DNA of 46,124 nt from an uncultured Gammaproteobacteria bacterium (GCA_964002385.1 CAXFFS010000001.1:1-46124), one strand, 5' to 3'; numbered from the stretch's first letter, positions 1 to 9,582 are shown. Made by a program: numbers and translations. The notes: generated by a model from the sequence alone, not told the origin.

Positions 1-248
1 GAAGCTACCACTTCCGAAACATTTATTTCTGAACTGTGTCTAGATAACCTGTATCCTCCAGTAGGTCCCCTGGCAGCCTCTACAATGCCTGCTTTTCTTA
101 AGTTTCTAAATAATTGTTCCAGGTAAGAAATGGGCATATCTTGTCTAACTGCTATCTTAGAAAGTGAAGTGAATTCTTTACCTGATTGGTGCAGAGAAAG
201 GTCAAGTAAAGCTGTAACAGCATACTTACCTTTGGTTGTTAGTCTCAT
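1..248 (-). CDS. iscR: Rrf2-family Fe-S cluster regulator IscR, N-terminal part (gene runs off the left edge)
   Basis: My own reverse-strand translation from the ATG at 248..246 gives MRLTTKGKYAVTALLDLSLHQSGKEFTSLSKIAVRQDMPISYLEQLFRNLRKAGIVEAARGPTGGYRLSRHSSEINVSEVVA. This matches the winged-helix N-terminus of E. coli IscR (MRLTSKGRYAVTAMLD...SLSYLEQLF..LRK.GLV...RGPGGGY). It is absent from the ORF track because there is no stop codon in the window. Confidence 0.85.
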   Translation of the reverse strand, partial: MRLTTKGKYAVTALLDLSLHQSGKEFTSLSKIAVRQDMPISYLEQLFRNLRKAGIVEAARGPTGGYRLSRHSSEINVSEVVA

Positions 249-257
249 AATCTCGCT

Positions 258-289
258 ATTCTATAATCCCGACTAAATTTGTCAAGATT
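258..289 (-). promoter_or_regulatory. Putative iscR promoter overlapped by an IscR type-1-like operator
   Basis: The minus strand reads TTGACA (285..280), a 16-nt spacer, TAGAAT (263..258), then 9 nt to the iscR ATG. On the plus strand, 265..289 (AATCCCGACTAAATTTGTCAAGATT) matches 20/25 positions of the remembered type-1 IscR consensus ATASYYGACTRWWWYAGTCRRSTAT. Confidence 0.4.
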
Positions 290-444
290 TACTAATATGT
301 ACCTTTTAATATAATTTTGAGGTTTTGTAAAGAGAAAAAATTAGGTAATTTTTGTAAAAAAAAGCTTTAAATATGTGTTTTTTTATGTACCATACAGAAA
401 ATTAAGGTACAGCTTTACTAACGGAAGATTAAAAATTAACCAGT

Positions 445-687
445 ATGGATACTAGATACCTATTTAAAAGACATAACACTTGGTGGGTTAAAATTGCTGT
501 TCCTAGAACCTTACGTAACCAATTAGGATACGATCTAAGGCAATCCTTAAAAACTCATGATCTTGAAGAAGCTCAAGACTTAAGATGGTCTGTCATTGAG
601 TCCTTAAAGGAAAAAATAGAGTTAACAAAGCAAATACCCCTAGAAGATCATAAAATTGAAGAAGCAAGTACTGCTGTAGAAACTTTT
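445..687 (+). pseudogene. Relic of a tyrosine-recombinase (phage integrase) N-terminal domain, in frame with the downstream korC-like gene
   Basis: The first ~60 aa (MDTRYLFKRHNTWWVKIAVPRTLRNQLGYDLRQSLKTHDLEEAQDLRWSVIESLKEKIE) follow the integrase N-terminal pattern RG.TWYFR..VP.DL...LGK.EI..SL.T.D..EA (DUF6538-like). No core-binding or catalytic domain follows. The sequence passes directly into a GltD-like oxidoreductase. Confidence 0.55.
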
Positions 688-2460
688 ATGCCCATTACTG
701 ATGCCAATAACCCTCAGTATTACCATAAAATAGTAGATTGCCAGTACGCTTGCCCTTCTCACACTCCGGTTCCTGAATATATAAGACAAATCTCTCAAGG
801 AAACTACACAGAAGCTTATATGATCAATTGGGAATCTAATGTTTTTCCGGGCATTCTAGGAAGGACTTGTGATAGACCATGCGAACCGGCTTGTAGAAGA
901 ACTAGAACTCATGAAAAACCAGTAGCAATCTGTCGACTCAAAAGAGTTACTTATGACTATAAGGAAGATATAACTCATCTTTTACCAGAAGTTCCAGAAG
1001 AAAAAACTGGTAAAAAACTTGCCCTTATCGGAGCAGGTCCAGCTTCACTTACCGTAGCAAGAGATCTTCTTGTCCTAGGTCATGAGTGCGTAATATTAGA
1101 AAAAGACCATAAAGCAGGCGGACTTATGAGAACTAATATACCTGCATTTAGATTGCCTGTTGAAGTTTTAGACGATGAAGTAGACCAAATTATCAATATG
1201 GGTATTGAAATGAAATTCAATTCAGAAATAGCAAGCATGAAATCGTTACTTGAGGAGGATTTTGATGCCATATTTGTAGGAACAGGCGCTCCTAGAGGAA
1301 AAGACCTTAATATTGAAGGTAGGCAAGACGCAGCAAAAAATATACATATTGGTATAGATTGGTTAACAAGTATTGCTTTTGAACATACTGACTCTGTAGG
1401 GAAAAAGGTAATAGTACTCGGGGGAGGAAATACTGCTATGGATTGTTGCAGATCCTCTCTACGTTTAGGAGCCGAGGAAGTTAAAGTTGTTGTAAGAAGT
1501 CCTTTTGATCAGATGAAAGCTTCCGAATGGGAAATAGAAGAAGCTATGGAAGAAAATATTCCTATATTTGAAAATCATGTACCTAAAAAGTTTCTATTAA
1601 ACGAAGGGAAGCTGGTAGGCATGGAGTTTGAAAAGGTAGATGCCGTTTTTGATGAAAACGGTAAAAGATCATTGGTTCCTACGGGCGAAGACCCTGTGAT
1701 TTTTGAATGTGACGATGTCCTGGTTGCAATTGGACAGGATAATGCTTTCGATTGGATTGAAAGAGATATAGGAATTGAATTTGGTGAATGGGATATGCCT
1801 GTTATTGATAAGGTTACATTCCAATCAACTCATCCTAAAATTTTCTTTGGTGGAGATGCTGCCTGGGGGCCTGAAAATATTATATGGGCTGCAGCCCATG
1901 GCCATCAAGCTGCTATCTCTATTGATAAATTTTTTAATGATCTTGATCTCTACGAAAGACCTGAACCAACTACTAACCTTGTTACTCAAAAAATGGGTGT
2001 TCACGAATGGTCATATGATAACGACATTTCACAAGCAAAAAGATTTCTAGTACCTCATGCAGACCAATCCATATCCTTAAAAGACTTAAAGGTTGAGGTT
2101 GAACTAGGTTTTGACGACAAAATGGCTTTTGAAGAAGCCCAAAGATGCCTCAATTGTGACGTACAAACTGTATTTACTGAAGACCTGTGCATTGAATGTG
2201 ATGCCTGTGAAGACATTTGCCCAACAGATTGTATAAATTTTATAGATAATTCTAATGAGGAAGACTTAAGGAACAACTTGAGAGTCCCAGCCTTAAATCT
2301 GGATCAAGATTTGCTTGTGTCAGACAAACTAATACAGACTCAGAGAGTGATGGTAAAAGATGAAGATGTGTGCCTGCACTGCGGACTTTGTGCTGAAAGG
2401 TGCCCTACTGGGGCATGGGATATGCAAACTTATCTTTATGAGGAAGCTAAGGTTTATTAA
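688..2460 (+). CDS. GltD-like FAD/NAD(P)-dependent oxidoreductase with N-terminal Fe-S cysteines and two C-terminal 4Fe-4S ferredoxin motifs (KorC-like partner of KorAB)
   Basis: N-terminal motifs VDCQYACPSHTPVPEYIR and CDRPCEPACRR. Two Rossmann motifs, LIGAGPASL and VLGGGNTAMDC. C-terminal motifs CLNCDV..CIECDACEDICP and CLHCGLCAERCP. The ORF is open from 445, but the homologous part begins near M82 (ATG at 688), so the start is uncertain. Confidence 0.8.
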   Translation: MPITDANNPQYYHKIVDCQYACPSHTPVPEYIRQISQGNYTEAYMINWESNVFPGILGRTCDRPCEPACRRTRTHEKPVAICRLKRVTYDYKEDITHLLPEVPEEKTGKKLALIGAGPASLTVARDLLVLGHECVILEKDHKAGGLMRTNIPAFRLPVEVLDDEVDQIINMGIEMKFNSEIASMKSLLEEDFDAIFVGTGAPRGKDLNIEGRQDAAKNIHIGIDWLTSIAFEHTDSVGKKVIVLGGGNTAMDCCRSSLRLGAEEVKVVVRSPFDQMKASEWEIEEAMEENIPIFENHVPKKFLLNEGKLVGMEFEKVDAVFDENGKRSLVPTGEDPVIFECDDVLVAIGQDNAFDWIERDIGIEFGEWDMPVIDKVTFQSTHPKIFFGGDAAWGPENIIWAAAHGHQAAISIDKFFNDLDLYERPEPTTNLVTQKMGVHEWSYDNDISQAKRFLVPHADQSISLKDLKVEVELGFDDKMAFEEAQRCLNCDVQTVFTEDLCIECDACEDICPTDCINFIDNSNEEDLRNNLRVPALNLDQDLLVSDKLIQTQRVMVKDEDVCLHCGLCAERCPTGAWDMQTYLYEEAKVY

Positions 2461-4289
2461 TGACCAAGATAGTAAGCATTAATGAGTTTGTAATAAAGTT
2501 TGCAAATGTGAATGGCTCTGGATCTGCAAGTGCAAACCAGATGTTTGCTAAAGGAATTTTTAGATCCGGTGTACCCGTGAGTCCTAAAAATATTTTTCCC
2601 TCAAACATTCAAGGACTTCCTACTTGGTTTGAAGTAAGAATTAGTGAAAAAGGATATCTAGGCAGAACGGAGGGAGTAGATATAGCTGTAGCTATGAATC
2701 CTCAATCATATAACGAAGATCTTAGAGAAATAAATTCTGGGGGTTATTTAATTTATGACTCTTCTTGGAAAAGGGACTTTAAAAGAACAGACATAAATAT
2801 CATTGAAATTCCTCTCACAAAACTTTGTGTTGAAGAATTTACTAACCCCAAAACAAGGCTTTTATTTAAAAATATTGTCTATGTAGGAGCACTTTCTTAC
2901 CTTTTGGGAATGGACAAGGAAATCTATGAAACTCTAATTGCTGAACAATTTAAGGGTAAAGAAAAACTGATAGCCCCAAATATAAAGGCACTTAATATTG
3001 GTTACGATTATGCTTCAGGAAATCTGAAAGGAAATTGTGAAATTAAAGTCAACAAATCAGAAAAAACAAAAGGAATGATTTTAACAAGTGGCAATGATGC
3101 CTCTGGACTTGGCTGTGTTTATGGTGGAGCAACTGTATGTTCTTGGTATCCAATAACACCATCAACCTCTTTAGCTGAAGCTTTTACTGATTATAGTGAG
3201 AAGCTAAGAATAGAAGAGAACACAAACAAAAATAAATATGCCATTATTCAAGCTGAAGATGAATTAGCAGCTATTGGTATGGCTATAGGTGCCAATTGGA
3301 ATGGAGCAAGGGCTTTCACAGCAACAAGCGGACCTGGTATATCCCTTATGAGCGAGTTCTTGGGTTTGGCCTATTTTGCTGAAGTTCCTTTGGTTGTTTT
3401 TGATATACAAAGAGGTGGGCCTTCTACTGGAATGCCTACTCGGACTCAACAATCAGATGTTTTGTCTTGTGCTTATGCATCTCATGGTGATACCAAACAT
3501 GTTTTATTGATCCCCTCAGACCCCAAAGAATGTTTTGAATTTGCAGCAGAGGCTTTTGACCTAGCAGATAGAATCCAGACACCAGTTATTGTTCTCTCTG
3601 ACTTAGATTTGGGAATGAATGACTGGTCTTGCCCGGAATTTGAATGGGATGACTCAAAAACCTATGACAAAGGAAAAGTTCTTCATGCTAAAGATTTAGA
3701 AGAAATTGAGAAATTTGGAAGGTATTTAGATGTAGATGGAGATGGCATACCCTATAGAACCTATCCAGGTGCTCATTCAGAGAAAGGAGCATATTTTACT
3801 AGAGGAACATCCCATGATGAATATGCTAGATATACTGAAGATGGAGTAGTGAATGCAAGAAACTTATCTCGTCTACTCAAAAAATATCAAACCGCATCTG
3901 ACCTGGTTCCAAGTCCTATTTTTAACCAAGAAACAAATTCAAGTCCTACTGGGGTTATTTACTTTGGAAGCACAGAAGCTTCAATGCAAGAAGCCCTGGA
4001 TAAACTCCATGAAGAAGGAATAGTTCTCGATGCAATGAGAATAAGAGCTTTCCCTTTCAACCTAGAAGTTTGGGAATTCATTGAAGACCACGATTTACTG
4101 TTTATAGTAGAGCAAAACAGGGATGGTCAAATGAGAACTCTGTTTATGGCAGAAGGAGGTATCATCCCAGATAAGTTAGTTTCTATCTTGTGTTTTGATG
4201 GTCAACCTATAACTGCAGACTTTATCTCAAACAAAATTAGCTCTCATATAACAGGTAGTCCTTCGAAATCAGCCTCTGGAGGTAAATAA
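2460..4289 (+). CDS. korA: 2-oxoglutarate/2-oxoacid:acceptor oxidoreductase subunit alpha (fused gamma+alpha domains)
   Basis: 609 aa. The N-terminus FANVNGSGSASANQMFAKGIFRSGVPV is typical of the POR gamma domain, followed by a pyrimidine-binding domain (GNDASGLGCVYGGA...YPITPST). The ATG overlaps the upstream stop (TAATG). Confidence 0.88.
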   Translation: MTKIVSINEFVIKFANVNGSGSASANQMFAKGIFRSGVPVSPKNIFPSNIQGLPTWFEVRISEKGYLGRTEGVDIAVAMNPQSYNEDLREINSGGYLIYDSSWKRDFKRTDINIIEIPLTKLCVEEFTNPKTRLLFKNIVYVGALSYLLGMDKEIYETLIAEQFKGKEKLIAPNIKALNIGYDYASGNLKGNCEIKVNKSEKTKGMILTSGNDASGLGCVYGGATVCSWYPITPSTSLAEAFTDYSEKLRIEENTNKNKYAIIQAEDELAAIGMAIGANWNGARAFTATSGPGISLMSEFLGLAYFAEVPLVVFDIQRGGPSTGMPTRTQQSDVLSCAYASHGDTKHVLLIPSDPKECFEFAAEAFDLADRIQTPVIVLSDLDLGMNDWSCPEFEWDDSKTYDKGKVLHAKDLEEIEKFGRYLDVDGDGIPYRTYPGAHSEKGAYFTRGTSHDEYARYTEDGVVNARNLSRLLKKYQTASDLVPSPIFNQETNSSPTGVIYFGSTEASMQEALDKLHEEGIVLDAMRIRAFPFNLEVWEFIEDHDLLFIVEQNRDGQMRTLFMAEGGIIPDKLVSILCFDGQPITADFISNKISSHITGSPSKSASGGK

Positions 4290-4290
4290 A

Positions 4291-5346
4291 TTGACCTACA
4301 TAGTAAAACCAAAGAACCACCACCCTGATCTTGAACGAAATGAACTTGGGCTCACAAGAAGAGACTATGAAGGCTCAATTTCTAGTTTGTGTGCCGGTTG
4401 TGGACATGATTCTATAAGTGCAGCAATTTTAGAAGCTTGTTTCCAACTTAATATTTCAGCCCATCGTGTAGCAAAATTATCAGGAATTGGTTGCTCTTCA
4501 AAGGCGCCAGCTTATTTTTTAAACCAGGCGCATGGATTTAATTCGGTTCATGGAAGGATGCCATCTATAGCAACTGGAGCAAATCTGGCGAATCATGAAT
4601 TAATGTATTTGGGAATTTCAGGTGATGGAGATACTGCCTCGATTGGCATAGGCCAATTTGTTCATGCCGCTAGAAGACAATTAAATGTCGTGTATATAGT
4701 TGAGAACAATGGAACTTATGGACTAACTAAAGGGCAGTTCTCAGCAACAAATGATCTGGAATCAAAAAGTAAATATGGAGAAGATAATCTTTTTCCTGCA
4801 ATAGATTTAGCTGCAATGGCTATCCAGCTTGGAGCTAGCTTTGTGGCAAGAAGTTTTTCGGGAGATAAAGACCAATTAGTCCCCCTCTTAAAAGCATCTA
4901 TGAAGCATAAAGGCTTCTCTTTCCTCGACATCATTTCTCCTTGTGTTACCTTCAATAATCATAAGACTTCCACAAAAAGCTATGATTACATTAGAGAACA
5001 CAATGAGTCGGTCTCTAAGCCAGACTTTGTACCTCTAGGTAAAGAAATAACTACAAGTTATGATGAAGGCGAGAGCGTTCAAGTCCCTCTGCATGATGGT
5101 TCATTGATCTCTTTAGAAAAACTATCTAAAGATTTTGATCCTTCTAATAAGTCTTCTTCTTTGGCCAAAATTAATAAAGCGGAAGAGGAAGGTAAGGTAT
5201 TAACAGGTTTGCTCTATATAAATACTGAGGCTAAGGATTTAAAAGAGATACTTAATGTAGTGGATAAGCCCTTAAATCAATTAAATGAAAAGGACCTATG
5301 TCCTGGAACTAAGAAATTAAAAGAAATTAATAAAGATCTTTGTTGA
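4291..5346 (+). CDS. korB: 2-oxoglutarate/2-oxoacid:acceptor oxidoreductase subunit beta (TPP-binding)
   Basis: 351 aa with a TTG start 1 nt after the korA stop. It has the CAGCGHDS Fe-S/TPP region and the GISGDGDTASIG...ENNGTYGLTKGQ TPP motif. Confidence 0.88.
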   Translation: MTYIVKPKNHHPDLERNELGLTRRDYEGSISSLCAGCGHDSISAAILEACFQLNISAHRVAKLSGIGCSSKAPAYFLNQAHGFNSVHGRMPSIATGANLANHELMYLGISGDGDTASIGIGQFVHAARRQLNVVYIVENNGTYGLTKGQFSATNDLESKSKYGEDNLFPAIDLAAMAIQLGASFVARSFSGDKDQLVPLLKASMKHKGFSFLDIISPCVTFNNHKTSTKSYDYIREHNESVSKPDFVPLGKEITTSYDEGESVQVPLHDGSLISLEKLSKDFDPSNKSSSLAKINKAEEEGKVLTGLLYINTEAKDLKEILNVVDKPLNQLNEKDLCPGTKKLKEINKDLC

Positions 5347-5347
5347 T

Positions 5348-6064
5348 TTATTCTATACCTAGCTTCTTTGCTATTACCTGGTATGACTCAACAACATCCC
5401 CAAGATCCTGTCTAAATCTGTCCTTATCAAGCTTTTCTCTTGTATGCGAATCCCATACCCTGCAACCATCTGGGGTAAACTCATCACCTAGAAGTAATTC
5501 ACCCTTAAAAGAACCAAACTCCAACTTATAATCTACAAGTATCATTCCAGCTTCAGCAAATAGGTTCTTGAGTATTTCATTCACTTGAAATGTCTTCTTC
5601 TTCATCTGATCTACTTGATTTTCAGTAGCCCAATTGAAAGATTCAATATGATATTCATTAATCATAGGATCATGAAGCTCATCATCCTTATAAAAGAATT
5701 CAAAAGTAGGTGGATTCAGATCCAAACCTTCCTCTATTCCAAGCCTTTTACAAATACTTCCTGCTGCTATATTTCTAATTACACATTCAACGGGAACCAT
5801 TTCAAGCTTCTTGACCAAACTTTCAGTTTCAGAAAGTAGCCTTTCAAAGTGAGTAGGCACACCTTCTTTTTCAAGAATATCCATAATAAACGCATTAAAT
5901 TTATTATTAGTAGCACCTTTTCCCTCTAAACTTTCTTTTTTAACGCCATCAAAAGCTGAGGTGTCATCTCTGTAATGCATAAAGTAATAATCTGGGTTAG
6001 AAGTCTCGTACAAAGACTTTGCTTTCCCTGAGCTTATTAACTTACCCTTTTCTATATCTTCCAT
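5348..6064 (-). CDS. purC: Phosphoribosylaminoimidazole-succinocarboxamide (SAICAR) synthase
   Basis: 238 aa. [29 protein letters not shown]...NNKFNAFIM aligns with E. coli PurC. The purC-bamC-dapA synteny matches E. coli. Confidence 0.95.
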   Translation of the reverse strand: MEDIEKGKLISSGKAKSLYETSNPDYYFMHYRDDTSAFDGVKKESLEGKGATNNKFNAFIMDILEKEGVPTHFERLLSETESLVKKLEMVPVECVIRNIAAGSICKRLGIEEGLDLNPPTFEFFYKDDELHDPMINEYHIESFNWATENQVDQMKKKTFQVNEILKNLFAEAGMILVDYKLEFGSFKGELLLGDEFTPDGCRVWDSHTREKLDKDRFRQDLGDVVESYQVIAKKLGIE

Positions 6065-6072
6065 AAAAGCAA

Positions 6073-7068
6073 CTATGATAACGATTGGTTAATCTCGGAG
6101 AGTAAATCTCTTTCAAAGTTCTCTGCTGCCTCGCTGGCACTATCTACGGTAATGGTGCATTTATTTTGACCAATTTTTTTTACGTAAATTTTAAAGTCTG
6201 GATTCTTTGAATTTTTACTTCTTGTAAAAAGCTTTTTAACAAAGCCTTCTTCCTCTTCTCGAGTGAAACTAACAAAAAATACTCCATTTGTACGGTCTAA
6301 ATCATTAACTGTTATAAGTGCTTCTTTAAGTGCCCTATCAACTGCAGCCCAAGCCCTAGGAAATTCCAGATTCATTTCAATAAAGTTTGAGCCATCCTCA
6401 GATTGTTTTAGAACTGCTTTTTGTCCAAGATTGAGGTTTAAAGCTACTAAAGAAGTACCTCCTGTTGATGGAGCATCCGTTAAAAAATCTAAGGCGTCTC
6501 TTAAAACATCATCTTCAAGATTGTCTTCTACTGGAACACGAATCCAATTATTGTCTGTATTTTTTATTAAATGAGAGAGAAAGATTTCTGAACTGGCTTG
6601 CCTTATACCATGTTCAATTTTCATCTGTAATTTTGTTTGTTTTGAATTTACTTGTAGCTCTTGGCTTTCAAAAATACCTGAATTTGGGTCTTCGTAAGAC
6701 AAACCGAAATTACTAGATGACCAAAAGTCTTTCATCAATGGCCAAACGCTACTAGGAAGAGCTTCCACATAAAGCCATCTAATCTCACCTAATTTATGCA
6801 TCCTTATTTCATTAGTTGACCCGGAAGAGAATACTTGGGCAGGTAGTGGAATCTCATAAGAATCCCCTACAAGATCTTCTTCAGTACTAGGGATTGGATA
6901 AAAATCAATTATGGGTCTTGTAGATTGTTCAGAAGAGATTTCTATAGGCTCAGACTGTTTCTCTTTTAAGTAATCATATCTGTGATCTTCCAATATCCAT
7001 CCACAGGAGCCTAGAATTAAAGCTAACGTAAATAGAACTAAATATTTTTTTCCGCTAAGAATTGTCAT
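6073..7068 (-). CDS. bamC: Outer-membrane protein assembly factor BamC (NlpB) lipoprotein
   Basis: 331 aa with signal peptide and lipobox LILGSC. It sits in the conserved position between dapA and purC. Confidence 0.75.
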   Translation of the reverse strand: MTILSGKKYLVLFTLALILGSCGWILEDHRYDYLKEKQSEPIEISSEQSTRPIIDFYPIPSTEEDLVGDSYEIPLPAQVFSSGSTNEIRMHKLGEIRWLYVEALPSSVWPLMKDFWSSSNFGLSYEDPNSGIFESQELQVNSKQTKLQMKIEHGIRQASSEIFLSHLIKNTDNNWIRVPVEDNLEDDVLRDALDFLTDAPSTGGTSLVALNLNLGQKAVLKQSEDGSNFIEMNLEFPRAWAAVDRALKEALITVNDLDRTNGVFFVSFTREEEEGFVKKLFTRSKNSKNPDFKIYVKKIGQNKCTITVDSASEAAENFERDLLSEINQSLS

Positions 7069-7956
7069 TTAATTTGTAAGACCTAATTTATTTAGTATTA
7101 GTTCAATCTCGGGAACATACTCTTCATCTAGAATGGTAAGTGGAAGCCTAATGCCTGATGGAATCCTTCCCAGTCTGTTCAGCACCCATTTTACAGGAAT
7201 CGGGCTTGTTTCAATAAATAATGCGTCATGAAGGTTAGTTATTTTAGAATCAGCTTGATGCGCTTCCTTGGCAAGCCCACTTAATGCCAACTCACATATC
7301 TTAGAAATTTTTTCTGGTACTACATTTGCAGTTACCGAAATAATTCCATGACCTCCCCCATTGAGGAACTTGCAAGCAGTTACGTCATCACCTGAATACA
7401 AAAAAAAGGACTCATCATGTATTTTATTTTTTAATTGGGATAATCTCTCAGGATCGGGTGAAGCCTCTTTAATTCCCACAATATTCTCTATTTTAGAGAG
7501 GTCAGCTACCGTTTCTGGTAAAAGATCACACGCTGTTCTCGTTGGAACATTGTACAAAATTTGGGGGATATCTACTTCCGAAGCTATTTCAGAATAATGT
7601 TCTATAAGACCTTTTTGAGTCGGTCTATTGTAATAAGGGGTAACAAGAAGGGCAGCGGATGCACCTGCTTCTTTAGCAGATGAAGTTAGGTATGTTGCTT
7701 CCTTGGTAGAATTGGCTCCAGTACCAGCAATAATAGGAATCCTGCCTGCAGAATGATTTACAGATTGTTCTATTACTTGAATATGTTCTGCAACATCCAG
7801 AGTTGCAGACTCTCCTGTAGTGCCTACCGACACTATTGCTGAAGTTCCAGAGACTATATGCCAATCAATTAGATCAAATAAAGACTGCCAACTAATATTG
7901 CCATCTTGCTCCATCGGAGTAACTAAGGCTACTATTGATCCTTTTACATTAAACAT
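7069..7956 (-). CDS. dapA: 4-hydroxy-tetrahydrodipicolinate synthase
   Basis: 295 aa. GSIVALVTPM...GTTGESATL...YNVP motifs are typical of DapA. The stop abuts the bamC start. Confidence 0.95.
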   Translation of the reverse strand: MFNVKGSIVALVTPMEQDGNISWQSLFDLIDWHIVSGTSAIVSVGTTGESATLDVAEHIQVIEQSVNHSAGRIPIIAGTGANSTKEATYLTSSAKEAGASAALLVTPYYNRPTQKGLIEHYSEIASEVDIPQILYNVPTRTACDLLPETVADLSKIENIVGIKEASPDPERLSQLKNKIHDESFFLYSGDDVTACKFLNGGGHGIISVTANVVPEKISKICELALSGLAKEAHQADSKITNLHDALFIETSPIPVKWVLNRLGRIPSGIRLPLTILDEEYVPEIELILNKLGLTN

Positions 7957-8036
7957 AACAAACTAATCGGGTAACTTATTCTGGTTATTTAAATAGATTT
8001 CTAATAAATTAATTATATCAACAATAAGGAGAATAT

Positions 8037-8507
8037 ATGGCAACACCCAAAGTAGGAAATAAAGCCCCTGTGTTTAAAGGAATTTGTACTGGAGAAGAAA
8101 ATGTAGATCTCTCTAAACTTAAGGGAAAGAAAGTAATTCTCTATTTTTACCCCAAGGACAGTACTCCAGGATGCACAACAGAAGGACAAAATTTTAGAGA
8201 CCTCTATAAGCAGTTTAAAAAAGAAGGTACCTTAATTTTTGGGCTTTCAAGAGAATCTTTAAAATCCCATGAGAATTTTAAAACCAAGCAATCTTTTCCT
8301 TTTGAGTTAATTTCTGACCCAGATGAAAAAATATGTAACCAATATAAGGTGATTAAGGAAAAAAGCATGTATGGAAGAAAGTACATGGGAATAGAAAGAA
8401 GTACCTTCCTGATAGATGAGAAAGGGAAGCTAGTACAAGAATGGAGAAAAGTAAAAGTTACTGGTCATGCCCAAGAGGTACTAGACACAATAAAAACTAT
8501 GAAATAA
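8037..8507 (+). CDS. bcp: Thioredoxin-dependent thiol peroxidase (peroxiredoxin Bcp)
   Basis: 156 aa. YFYPKDSTPGCTTE is the peroxidatic Cys motif. A strong SD (AAGGAG) lies upstream. Confidence 0.92.
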   Translation: MATPKVGNKAPVFKGICTGEENVDLSKLKGKKVILYFYPKDSTPGCTTEGQNFRDLYKQFKKEGTLIFGLSRESLKSHENFKTKQSFPFELISDPDEKICNQYKVIKEKSMYGRKYMGIERSTFLIDEKGKLVQEWRKVKVTGHAQEVLDTIKTMK

Positions 8508-8510
8508 AGT

Positions 8511-9563
8511 TTATTCTAGAGTTTGTTGAGGCCAAGAGTTGATTATGGCTTTAACAAATGTTGCTAATGGTATAGCAAAGAAAAGTCCCCAAAACCCCCA
8601 AATACCTCCAAAAAATAAAACTGAAATTACAATTACCACTGGATGTAGTTTATTTCTAGCAGAAAAGAGTAAAGGTACCAAGACATTGCCATCAAGGGCT
8701 TGGATAATTAGGTATATCCCTAAAAGCCACCAGAAGTCTGCAGATATACCCCATTCATACAATCCGACAAGTAAAACTGGAACAGTAACCAAAATAGCAC
8801 CAAAAAAAGGAATCATGACTGATAGACCTACTAACAAAGCCAGTAAGAAGGTATACGGGAGTCCTAGAAAGGTAAAAGCTATAAAGCTAACTGAAGTTAC
8901 TATAAAGATTTCTATGAGTTTGCCTGTTACATAGTTGTAGAGCTGATCATTCATTTCATTAAAAATGGAATCCATCAAACCTTTTTCTTCTGGAGCAAAG
9001 AAACTAATAAGCGGTAGAAGAGTATCTTTATCTTTAACAAAGAAAAAAACCATTAATGGGATCAAGATGGCATAAATTAAAGCACTAAATGCGAAACTTA
9101 TAGTCCCAGCAATTTGACCAAGAGCTTGCGCAAGAAGATTATTTAACTGAGAGCTTAAGTTAGCAAAAAGGCTAGGAATCTCATCTTCAGAGAAGAATTC
9201 TGGGTATGAGCTTGCTAAGTTGGAAAGAGCCTGTTGCAGGGCTTCAACTATATTAGGAAGGCTTTGGATTAAAGAGTTAATTTGGGATCCTATTGAAGGA
9301 AGTATCAAAAAAAGACTGGTATATAAAGCAAAGAAAACTAGTAATGAAGTCGTCAGAGATAACCATCTTGGAAATTTGAAATTCTCTAAGGTTAGAACTA
9401 ATCCATTTAATAAAAAGGCTACAACTAAACTAATAAGAATAGGTAAAAGAATTCCACCAAAAAAGAAAAGAAGTAAAAATGCCCCTAATAAAAAAAGAGC
9501 AAAATAGACAGTTTCTTCGCTGAAGAAAAACCTATCAAGTAACCCTTTTAAAAGATCTAGCAT
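8511..9563 (-). CDS. AI-2E family transporter (PerM/YhhT-like permease)
   Basis: 350 aa polytopic membrane protein with the C-terminal pattern ALDGNVLVPLLFS....LHPVVIVISVL.FG..WG..G...AIPL typical of the AI-2E/UPF0118 family. Confidence 0.8.
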   Translation of the reverse strand: MLDLLKGLLDRFFFSEETVYFALFLLGAFLLLFFFGGILLPILISLVVAFLLNGLVLTLENFKFPRWLSLTTSLLVFFALYTSLFLILPSIGSQINSLIQSLPNIVEALQQALSNLASSYPEFFSEDEIPSLFANLSSQLNNLLAQALGQIAGTISFAFSALIYAILIPLMVFFFVKDKDTLLPLISFFAPEEKGLMDSIFNEMNDQLYNYVTGKLIEIFIVTSVSFIAFTFLGLPYTFLLALLVGLSVMIPFFGAILVTVPVLLVGLYEWGISADFWWLLGIYLIIQALDGNVLVPLLFSARNKLHPVVIVISVLFFGGIWGFWGLFFAIPLATFVKAIINSWPQQTLE

Positions 9564-9582
9564 TAATTATTTCTTTTCTATT

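Noticed and set aside
445-2460. I considered treating the full 671-aa ORF as a genuine integrase-domain/oxidoreductase fusion enzyme.
   Set aside because: The integrase-like part is only the first ~60 aa, with no catalytic domain and no functional logic for such a fusion. It is more parsimoniously a deletion relic with the true start near 688. I kept it as a finding rather than a product call.
9220-9507. I considered a highly basic Lys/Arg-rich 95-aa ORF that could be mistaken for a nucleic-acid-binding or ribosomal-like protein.
   Set aside because: It is antisense to the hydrophobic N-terminal half of the AI-2E permease. Phe/Leu codons (TTT/TTC/CTT) read as Lys/Glu/Arg on the opposite strand, so this is a compositional artefact.
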